NCBI GenBank assembly: GCA_963847705.1
Contig: CAWKBC010000027.1
Coordinates: 608,001 to 672,000 of the forward strand
Direction of reading: 5' to 3'
From: an uncultured Pseudomonadota bacterium
Lineage (GTDB): Bacteria; Myxococcota_A; Polyangia; Fen-1088
Length of the DNA: 64,000 nt
The position numbers and the translations under genes were made by a program. Each line of letters starts with the position of its first letter. The stretch's first letter is position 1. Positions 55,320 to 64,000 of this stretch are shown one piece after another. The notes below the pieces were generated by a model, which searched no databases, had not been told where the DNA came from, and saw only the letters and a program-made list of their open reading frames with translations.

Positions 55320-56985
55320 ATGCAAGGAACCAGAACCATTAGAATCGCGCTCGCCCTGGTGGCGACGCTTGGACTTGTTGGAACACTGGCCGCCGGTTGC
55401 GGCGGCAGCGGATCAGGAGGCGAAGCCACAGGATCGCCGCAAGAGACCGCCGCGTCTGATAGTGGGACCACCACGATGATCGACAGCCTCGAGGGCGGCA
55501 CCGCCTCGAGCTGGACCCCGTTCATGACGGGGGGATCGTCGATCAGCAGCGCCAGCGCGCCGCTGCACGCAGAGGGGGCGTCGACGTCGACCGAGATCAC
55601 CTACAGCGTGGTGTCGGGCGGCTCCGCCGGGCTCGAGCGTGACTTTTCGACGCCGCAGGACTGGTCGCAGAGCTCTGCCTTGACCTTGTGGGTCTACGGG
55701 CGGGCCACCGGACACTCATTCTTGGTTCAGGTTTACGACGCCGGGCACGAGCGCTGGGAGTCGCGCTTCACGGTCGACTTCAGCGGCTGGAAGCAGATCT
55801 CGCTTCCGTTCAGCGCCATGACGGCCGCCAGCTGGCAGCCGCCGACCGCGCGCGTGGACGGCGTGCGGGACTTCTCCGGGGTGACCGGCATGGCGCTCGC
55901 GCCCTCGGACGGCGCCGGCTCCGGCGTGGTCAACCTGGATACGCTCGCGCTCGGCACGGCGTCGACGTCGTCGACATCGACGTCCACATCGACGTCGTCC
56001 ACATCGACGTCGTCCACATCGACGTCGGGCGCTGGCGGCTCGGCCGCGTCGACGAACGCACCCACGGTGCCGACGACCACCCCGCCGACGACAACGACGA
56101 CCGCACCGACGGACACGCCGACGACGACAGATGCGCCGACGACGACCCCGACGGCAACGCCGGCCACGACCCCGACGGCGACCCCGGCGACGACCCCGAC
56201 GGATTCCGACGGCGACGGCGGATCCAACGCCGACGGCCGCGCCGACGGCCGCGCCGGCGGCGACCCCGACGGCAACGCCGGCGGCAGCCCCGGCGCCCGC
56301 CGCCAGCGGTGCCGTGACCGGGACGATCATCCCGCTTTACACCGCTCCGACCGATCCCTCCTGGGGCGCGGTCGCGGCGGCCAAGGCGGCGCACCCCGCG
56401 GTGCCGGTCCTGGCGGTGGTCAACCCGGCCAACGGCCCGGGCGCCGCGCCGTCGGCTGACTATACGGCCGGCATCGCCAGGCTGACCGCGGCCGGCGTGA
56501 AGGTGATCGGCTACGTCCACACGCAGTGGGGCGCTCGGCCGGCGGCCGAGCTGCAGACGGAGATGGGGGAGTGGCAGAGCTGGTACCCCGGAGTTTCCGG
56601 CATCTTCTTCGACGAGATGGCCAACGCGGCCGGGCACGAGTCGTACTACTCGGGCCTCACCGCCTATGCGAAGGGGCGCGGGCTCGGCTTCACCATCGGC
56701 AACCCGGGCGCTGACTCGTCACCGAGCTACGTCGGCACCGAGGACGTCATCCTCATCTACGAGAACAGCGGCCTCCCCTCGGCGGCGGCGCTCGGTGGCT
56801 GGCACGCCAGCTACGACCGGAACAACTTCGGCGTGATCCCCTACGCTGTCGGCAGCCTCGACACGTCGTTCGTGCAATCGGCGAAGCAGTACGTCGGGTA
56901 CATCTACCTGCAGAGCGACACCCTGCCCAACCCGTGGGACAGCGTCCCGCCCTATCTGTCGGACCTGGTCGCCGCGCTCGACTAG
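55320..56985 (+). CDS. Lipoprotein: CBM11/CIA30-like domain, Ser/Thr linker and spherulin-4 (GH135-like) domain; one frameshift at ~56202
   Basis: SD GGAGG; lipobox LAAG-C; PQDWS..LTLWVYG...W...F.VDFSGWKQISLPF; PLY..P, VVNPANGPG, IGYV.T, GIFFDE, IGNPG in the +1 frame. Confidence 0.72.
55962..56027 (+). repeat. Degenerate TCCACATCGACGTCG tandem repeat encoding the Ser/Thr linker
   Basis: Direct observation. Confidence 0.7.
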
Positions 56986-56990
56986 AACGA

Positions 56991-57210
56991 GGAGGTCTTC
57001 CGGCGGCGATCTCGACGCCGGAGGGCGCAACGCGCCCGGGTCCAAGCATCGGGAGGCGCGGCTTTGCCGCGCCGGCCCCGACGGCCCGCGGGGGGAGCTC
57101 GTGAGGGGGGACACCCCCTCACGCCGCCGAAGGCGCATCAGGGCGCCTTCGGGCGCCACGTCGTCGGGCATGGTTCGCTGCGCTCACCGTCGCCTCCGGC
57201 GACGCCCTCC
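56991..57210. repeat. Hairpin-dense intergenic element containing copy 2 of the 55-bp repeat (57157-57210)
   Basis: At least 6 stem-loops; the last 54 bp match 11176-11230. Confidence 0.7.
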
Positions 57211-59535
57211 TAGCAATCGCTGTCGTTCGCCGCGTTGCAGATGCTGGGGCAGCAGCGATCGGAGGTCGCTCCGGAGCAGGTGGTGATGGGGATGTGGAGA
57301 CAGGCCACGTTGCAGTGGGCCACATCCCCGACCAGCAGCTCGGTGGTGCAGGGATCGCCGTCGTCCGGGCAGGTGGTCGGGCAGGTCGTGCTCGGGTCGC
57401 AGGTCTCTCCCGCACCGACGTGGTTGTCACCGCAGGTCGCGGCGCAGTCGTTGTCATTGACGGCGCTGCAGCCCGCGGGGCAGCAGCCATCGTCGTTCAG
57501 GCAGGCCACGATGGCGGCGTGGGTGCAGTGGGCGGTGCAGTTGGCGATCGATCCGCTCGCCACGTCGGTGGTGCAGGCGTTCTGATCGTCGCAGCTTTCC
57601 GGGCAGGCTCCGGGGAGCCCTGCTGTGATCGCGCGGTCGCACGCTTCGCCGGCCTCGACGGCGCCGTCGCCACAGACGGGGGTGCAGTCAGGGTCGTCGG
57701 TCGCGGTGCAACCTGCGGGACAGCACCCGTCTCCGGCCGCGCAGGCGGTGATCGGGACCGCGACGCACGAGGCGCTGCAGCTGCTGGGCGAGCCCCGCAG
57801 GGTCAGCGTCATGCAGCTCCCCTCGGCGGTGCAGGAGGTCGGACAGGAGGCGGGGACGGCGCTGTCGCAGGTCTCCACCGGGCGCTCGACCACGCCGTTG
57901 CCGCACAGGGCGGCGCAGTCGGCGTCGAGGGCGAGATTGCCGCCGGGCGGGCAACAGCCATCGCCCGCCACGAACGCCGTCACCGGGAGATGGACGCAGG
58001 CGGCCGAGCAGGTCCCGGCGGAGAGCAGCAAGATCCCGGGTACAGGGATCGCCGTCGTCGCACGTTTTCTGACAGGCACCGGCCGTCCCCGCGGGGATCG
58101 CCACGTCGCAGGTCTCGTTCGGTTGAACCACGCCGTCGCCGCAGGTCGCCGAGCAGTCGGGATCGGTCGCCGCCGTGCAGCCGGCGGGACAGCAGCCGTC
58201 GCTGGCGGCGCTGCAGGCCACGATGGGGGTGGTCGCGCAGGCGGCGGAACAGTCGTCGCTGCTGCCGGTCAGCGCCGTCTGGAGACAGGCCGACAACGAC
58301 GGGGGACAGCTGGTCGGGCAGGCGCCACTGCCGGTGGCGGCGCTGTCGCAGGTTTCACCTGGTTCGACGACGCCGTCGCCGCAGCTGGCGTGGCAGTCGG
58401 TGTCGGTGGCCGGGGTCGCGCCGGGCGGGCAGCAACCGTCGCCCGAGATCGGCGTGTCGATGAGGGCGTGACCGCAGGTGGCGTGGCAGCCGGCGCCGGA
58501 CAGGAAGTCGGCGGTGCAGGCCATACCGTCGTCGCAGTCGACCGGACAGCTCCCCGGCGCCGGCGGTGCGATGCCGATGTCACACGACTCGCTTCCCTGC
58601 CGGACGCCGTCCCCACAGGCCGTCGGACAGTCGGAGTCGACCGCGTTGGTCCCCCCGGGCGGGCAGCAGCCGTCGCCCGACCGTGACAGCGTCACCTGGT
58701 AATGCAGGCAGATCGCCTGGCAGGTCCCCACCGAGACCAGCAGGGTGAGCGCGCAGGGATCGGCCACCGTGCACTCGCTCGGCGTCGGGCAGGCGCCGGG
58801 CTGGCCGGCGGCGATGGCGGTGTCGCAGGTCTCGCCAGCCTCGATGACGCCGTTGCCGCAGGTCGCGGAGCAGTCGGGGTCGGTCGACTTCGTGGCCCCC
58901 GACGGACAGCAGCCGTCGGCGAGGCCGATGGCGGTGTTCGGCGAGTGGGCGCAGGAGGCGGTGCAGGCGCTGCCGCTGGGGAGGTCTTTCGTGCAGGCGA
59001 CGCCGTCGTCGCAGCTCGACGGCGGGCAGGCGCCCTGATCGCCCGCGGGGATCGCGATGTCGCAGGTCTCGCCGGGGTCGATGCGCCCGTTGCCACAGCG
59101 GGGGCTGGTGGTCGTTCCCGCGTCCGGGGTGGAGCCAGTCCCTGCATCGACGGTGCAGGTCGAGGTGCCGCAGTTGAGCGAGACGTAAACCGTCGGACGT
59201 TCGTTGGGGGCAACCGCCAACATCCCGCTCTGCCCCGTCGCGATGGTCGCTCCCGTGGAGTCGAGGGCGGCCACGGCGATGTTCACGGTCCCGGTCGCCG
59301 CCGCGGGCAGCTCGGCGCTGAGCGTGGTCGGAAAGCCGATTGGTTGCCCGTTGGGGCGCGTGTAGCTCTGCAAGAACGTGCCGGCGGGGCCGCTGATCTG
59401 AACGTCGAGCCCGCTGACCGGGGGGGGCGACCCGGTGACGGTCACGACCACGGAGAGGATCGCGTCACCGTCGTGGTGGCAGGCCGCGGCCGAAAGCGTC
59501 AGCGCCACCAGAGAGCAGAGAGCGAGTCGACGCAT
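57210..59535 (-). CDS. Cys-rich repeat lipoprotein (8 repeats of ~78 aa); one frameshift at ~58030
   Basis: Lipobox SAAA-C; repeat CG[DN]G...GE.CD...C...CDD..C...C...C...DGCCP.G....D.DC continues across the frame change. Confidence 0.78.
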
Positions 59536-59543
59536 CGTCACGG

Positions 59544-60221
59544 TCAAAAGAACTTCTTGTTCCCGAGATCGGTGGTGGGGACCGAGCTTCCGGAACGACC
59601 GGCCAGCGCGGCCACCGTCACGCCGGCCGCCAGCGCGGCACCGATCGCGGTCCAGACCCACCAGCGGCGCCAGAGCGGCGTCGGCGGTTTGGCGCCCGCC
59701 CCGGCGCCCGGCGCGGCGATGAGACCCGGCGGCGGCGCGGCGACCGGCGGGCGGGCGCGGAGGCTCTCGAGCTCGCTCACACGCTCCTCCGCGGCGTCAC
59801 GATCGGGTCCATCGGACGCGCCGGCCAGAAAGCGGTCGTAGTAAAACAGCGCCTGTTCGGTGGCGCCGAGCTGGCGGTAGGACTCGGCGATCTGGAAGAG
59901 GAAGGGCGGATCGGCGCGAAGCTCGTAGGCGCGGCGGTACTCCGCGATCGCCTCCTGATACCGCCCCAGCTGGTAGAGCCGATGCCCCTGGGCGACGTGC
60001 TCGTCGATCTCGACGTCCGCAGGCGTGGCGGCGGGCGATGTCGTCGGAGTCGGTGCCGGCGATGCCGGCGCCGGTGACGGGTCCGCGCCCGACGCCCGGC
60101 CGGCCGCCAGCAACGTCAGAGCGAGCGCCGAGGCCCGAAGCAGGGTGAGAAATCGGAGGCTAAGCAATGAAACACGTGGCCGTTCGTGACGATTTTGCGC
60201 CCCGCTTCGCGCCGCCGTCAA
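59544..60221 (-). CDS. Secreted TPR protein with C-terminal hydrophobic segment; start uncertain (possibly TTG 60167)
   Basis: G.RLYQLGRYQEAI.EY.RAY; P-rich linker; PLWRRWWVWTAIGAALAAG. Confidence 0.75.
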   Translation of the reverse strand: MTAARSGAQNRHERPRVSLLSLRFLTLLRASALALTLLAAGRASGADPSPAPASPAPTPTTSPAATPADVEIDEHVAQGHRLYQLGRYQEAIAEYRRAYELRADPPFLFQIAESYRQLGATEQALFYYDRFLAGASDGPDRDAAEERVSELESLRARPPVAAPPPGLIAAPGAGAGAKPPTPLWRRWWVWTAIGAALAAGVTVAALAGRSGSSVPTTDLGNKKFF

Positions 60222-60298
60222 CGCTGCCAGGAGGGGGCGGCTCCAGGGCGGCGGCGGCAGCCAAGCTTTGCTGCTGGCTTCGGGGGCTAATTCGGGCG

Positions 60299-60331
60299 CT
60301 ACTTCCGGCCCTACTTCCGGCCCTACTTCCG
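60299..60331. repeat. Approx. 3x12-bp repeat CTACTTCCGGCC duplicating a gene's last codons and stop
   Basis: Minus strand reads CGGAAGTAG three times. Confidence 0.8.
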
Positions 60332-62074
60332 CCGCTGCTTTGGTGGGGCGCTGATCAGCACCGGCTCGAGCGGCGCGAGACTGGCGAGCCAGCGCGCCGC
60401 GACGCTCTCCGCGGCCGCGGCGAGCGGTTTCGGTGCGGCTGCGGCCAGGATCGCCCGGGCGTTCTTCTCCAGCGCGGAGGGCAGCTTCGGCGCCTTGTCC
60501 TTGCCACGCGGCGCCTTCGCCAGCGCCTCGAAGGCCTTGACCTGGTCGGGGGTGAGCGGGCGAAACCGCGCCGGTTGCGCCGCGCGCTTGGTCTCTCCCC
60601 CCTCGAGCAGCTGGGCCACCAGCGCCGTGCGGGCCAGCGTGCCGAGATCGAGCCCGGCGGCGTCCATGCCCGTCCCTGCCAGCGCCGGCCCGCCGGCCGC
60701 GACATCCTCGGGCGTGACGCCCAGGCCGCGCACCATCGCCTGCGCCGCGGCGGCTTGCTCGATGGCGGCGGCGGCGCGCGCCAGATCGACGAGCTGGCGG
60801 AACGGCCGCTCGCCCGCGGAGGGCGGATCGTCGAGCAGCCGCGGGAACATCGGTCGCAGGCGGGTCACGGCCTCGAGGACCGTCGCGTCGTCGCTCTCGG
60901 CCAGGTTGAGCCCCTGCGCCCCGAATGGACCTTCCCGGCGCAAGGTGAGGGCGAGCCGCTTGACCTTGCCGCAGAGGCTGACGCCCAGCCGAAACAGCCG
61001 CGCCAACGGGATGGTGCGCAGCGCCGCCGCGCCCCGCTCGTCGTCCCCTTGCGCCAGACGCTCCATCGCCAGATCGAGGGTGGCCACCAGGCGATCGAGC
61101 ACCGCCGCCACGGCCTCGTCGTCCCCGGGCGCGATCCGATCGGCGGCCAGCACCCGGTTGGTGAGCGCGACCAGCGCGAAGCGGAGATCGTCCAGCTCGT
61201 CGCCGGCGGTCAGCTTCTGGGCGGCGCGCGAGAACGCCGAGCCGTCGGTGTCGCCCATCCTCTCGGCGAGCGCCGTCGGCACCCGCAGCGCGGCCTCGTC
61301 CGCTCGCGCGTCGACGACCGTCCGGGCACGGGAGGGGGCGTCGCCGATGCGGACGCTCGCCGGGTCGAGCTCGCGGTAGACCTCCAGCGCCTCGTAGTAG
61401 TCGGCGAAGCCGAGATCGGCCATCCGCGCCTGTCGCCAGCGGTAGGCGGCCTCTTCCAGCTCCGCGTCGAGCTCGCCGATGGCGCCGACGATCATGTGGC
61501 GGGCAAACTCGTGATCGGTGCGGTAGAGCGCGTCGATGAGGGAGATCAGCGCCTTGGCCGGATCGGGGCCGTCATCGACGACCGGGCTGACGCGCACGTC
61601 GAGCACGAAGAACCCGTCCGGCGTCGGATAGAACGTCCCCTGCGGCTCCTCCGGCGCGTCGCCGTGCGACAGATCGTAGATGTCGGCGCCCCGGCGCAGG
61701 ATGAGGCCCAGAAGCTCGCTGTCGATCCCCTTCATCCAGCGGCCGATCCGCTCGAAGGGCGCCGCGGCGATGGCGGCCAGCCATTCGCTGTAGGCGGCCG
61801 GGTTGAGCTGGTCGCGCTCCCAGACCGCGAAGTCGAGCATGATGGCCAGCTGCTCGCTGGTGGCCCGGGCCAGGATGTCCGCCCCCTCGGCCAGGCCGAT
61901 CTCGTGCAGGACGTAGTAGAGCTCGTCGCCGGGCAGGGCGCGCACCGCGGCCTCCAGGTCCGGCGCCTCCATCAGCGCGTCGGCGCGGCGGAGCTTGCGC
62001 CCGCGGCCGAGGCGCGCGCGGTACTGGGAGAGGGCGACGACGTTGTTCGGTCGAGGCGGGCGAGGGGTCCCCAT
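60323..62074 (-). CDS. Conserved hypothetical protein (DUF6178-like)
   Basis: LDFAVW.RD, TPDG.F, ELEE.AYRWR.ARMADLGF.DY.EAL.VY pattern recalled for this family. Confidence 0.65.
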   Translation of the reverse strand: MGTPRPPRPNNVVALSQYRARLGRGRKLRRADALMEAPDLEAAVRALPGDELYYVLHEIGLAEGADILARATSEQLAIMLDFAVWERDQLNPAAYSEWLAAIAAAPFERIGRWMKGIDSELLGLILRRGADIYDLSHGDAPEEPQGTFYPTPDGFFVLDVRVSPVVDDGPDPAKALISLIDALYRTDHEFARHMIVGAIGELDAELEEAAYRWRQARMADLGFADYYEALEVYRELDPASVRIGDAPSRARTVVDARADEAALRVPTALAERMGDTDGSAFSRAAQKLTAGDELDDLRFALVALTNRVLAADRIAPGDDEAVAAVLDRLVATLDLAMERLAQGDDERGAAALRTIPLARLFRLGVSLCGKVKRLALTLRREGPFGAQGLNLAESDDATVLEAVTRLRPMFPRLLDDPPSAGERPFRQLVDLARAAAAIEQAAAAQAMVRGLGVTPEDVAAGGPALAGTGMDAAGLDLGTLARTALVAQLLEGGETKRAAQPARFRPLTPDQVKAFEALAKAPRGKDKAPKLPSALEKNARAILAAAAPKPLAAAAESVAARWLASLAPLEPVLISAPPKQRRK

Positions 62075-62092
62075 GTATCTTCATATACACTG

Positions 62093-63358
62093 ATGTTGTC
62101 GACCGTTCTGCGGACCATCGCCGGACACGCGCTGTTCGCGCGCGGCGATCGGGTGATCGTCGCGGTCTCGGGCGGTCCCGATTCGATGGCGCTCTTGCAC
62201 GTCCTGTGGGAGCTGCGCGAGCGGCTGGGGCTGACGCTCGAGGTGGCGGGCGTCGACCACGGGCTGCGGCCGGCGGCGGCCGGTGAGCTGGAGCTGGTCC
62301 GGGCCCGCGCCGAGGCGCTGGGCCTGCCTTTCGTCGGTCTGGCCGTCGACGTCGCCCGCCACCGGCGGGGTGCCGGTTTGCAGGAGGCCGCGCGCCGGGC
62401 GCGGCTCGGCGCGCTGACCGCGCTGGCCGTCGCGCGTGGCGCGCGCCGGGTGGCGCTCGGGCACCAGGCCGACGACCAGGCCGAGACGGTCCTCTTCCGC
62501 ATCGTGCGCGGGACCGGCCTGGCGGGTTTGCAGGGGATTCCTTACCGCCGGGACCCGTTCGTCCGCCCCCTCCTCGACCTGCCGCGCGCGGAGGTTCTCC
62601 GCTACCTCCGTCGCCGGAGCATCCCCTTCGTGGAGGACCCCTCCAACGCCGACCTCCGTTTCGCGCGGGCCCGGATCCGCCACCGCCACCTGCCGGCGCT
62701 GGCCGGGGAGAACCCGCGGGTCGCCGAGGCGCTGGTGGCGTTGGCCGCCGCAGCCCGCGAGACCAGGCCGGCGCGCGGCGCCAACCGGGCGCCTGCCGCG
62801 GGGCCAGAGGGGCTCGCCGAGCCTGCGCTTTCGCGGCGGGTGGCGGCGGTGGTGAACCGCCTGCGGGCGCGGGGGGGGTCGGCGGCCATCGACATCGCGG
62901 GCGGACGCCGGGTGGAGGTCTCGTACGGCGCCGTGCGGGTGGGGGCGCGCGCCTCGGTGCGGCCGCCGCCGAGCGCACCGGTGGTGATCGAGGGGCCCGG
63001 GGTCTATCGTTGGGCGGCCGGCACGCTCGCCGTCAAGGAGGGGGCCCCCACGCGCGCGCGGCCTGCGGGCGGTGTGACGGCGGAATTCGACGCCGATCTG
63101 CTCGAGTGGCCGCTCACGGCACGTGCCCGAAAATCGGGCGATCGGATGCGACCCCGCGGCGGGCGTGGGAGCCGCAAGCTCTCCGACCTGATGATCGACG
63201 CCCGGATCGCGCGCGCCTGGAGGGCGGCGCTGCCGATCGTCACCAGCGCGCGCGGCGAGCTGTTGTTCGTTCCCGGGCTGCGCCCGGCGGAGTCGGCCCG
63301 GCCAACCGGGCGTACCAAACGTTTCGTGCTCATCGATTTCGTGTCTGGCGACATCTGA
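62093..63358 (+). CDS. tilS: tRNA(Ile)-lysidine synthetase
   Basis: VAVSGGPDS, DHGLR, GHQADDQAET, RPLL, EDPSN; tilS-ftsH synteny. Confidence 0.93.
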   Translation: MLSTVLRTIAGHALFARGDRVIVAVSGGPDSMALLHVLWELRERLGLTLEVAGVDHGLRPAAAGELELVRARAEALGLPFVGLAVDVARHRRGAGLQEAARRARLGALTALAVARGARRVALGHQADDQAETVLFRIVRGTGLAGLQGIPYRRDPFVRPLLDLPRAEVLRYLRRRSIPFVEDPSNADLRFARARIRHRHLPALAGENPRVAEALVALAAAARETRPARGANRAPAAGPEGLAEPALSRRVAAVVNRLRARGGSAAIDIAGGRRVEVSYGAVRVGARASVRPPPSAPVVIEGPGVYRWAAGTLAVKEGAPTRARPAGGVTAEFDADLLEWPLTARARKSGDRMRPRGGRGSRKLSDLMIDARIARAWRAALPIVTSARGELLFVPGLRPAESARPTGRTKRFVLIDFVSGDI

Positions 63359-63377
63359 CTTTGGGGCAAAGGAGTGT

Positions 63378-63406
63378 TTGACGCTCCACGATTTGGCGGC
63401 AATACT
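63378..63406 (+). promoter_or_regulatory. Putative sigma70 promoter TTGACG-N17-AATACT for ftsH
   Basis: Correct spacing in AT-rich intergenic DNA. Confidence 0.45.
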
Positions 63407-63446
63407 TTTATGGCCCCAGCTCCGCTCTCATCGAAAGGAACCCTGC

Positions 63447-64000
<554 letters not shown>

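Noticed and set aside
56195-58040. Programmed frameshifting at ~56202 and ~58030
   Set aside because: No slippery heptamer or homopolymer tract; single-base errors or mutations are more parsimonious
60167-62092. 1063-aa ORF suggesting a large TilS fusion
   Set aside because: The N-terminal ~640 aa are the antisense shadow of the DUF6178-like gene; TilS motifs start after ATG 62093

Overview
Very GC-rich bacterial chromosomal segment. The gene repertoire (Hanks kinase, Cys-rich lipoprotein, TPR proteins, DUF6178-like protein) suggests Myxococcota, probably Polyangia-like; this is an inference. In order, it holds: the 3' part of a corrinoid/iron uptake operon (permease, ATPase, TonB receptor, beta-propeller lipoprotein, binding protein) converging on a SahR-type regulator-metH operon; truC-like, DUF4337 and yacG genes; an MFS transporter; a sigma54 two-component system divergent from a multiply frameshifted amtB; a receptor kinase/GT-TPR/AI-2E cluster; and the first of two paralogous GldA/F/G-DUF4340 ABC operons. 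A housekeeping block follows (purF, gamma-CA, prfB with programmed +1 frameshift, lysS, lolC/E, lolD, bamA, skp, fabZ), interrupted by a small-protein/nucleotidyltransferase pair and a GNAT/methyltransferase pair. The rest is lipoproteins, a STAND-TPR ATPase, the second Gld-like operon, a CBM-GH135 lipoprotein, a Cys-rich repeat lipoprotein, tilS and the start of ftsH. Most notable: lpxD and lpxA/B are missing from the bamA-skp-fabZ locus (possible LPS-less diderm); a 4x79-bp structured tandem repeat lies between bamA and skp; a dispersed hairpin-rich intergenic element occurs twice; and -10 boxes repeatedly sit 6-10 nt before start codons (leaderless mRNAs). No rRNA, tRNA, CRISPR or transposase was seen. 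All family assignments come from motif recognition by eye, not from database searches.
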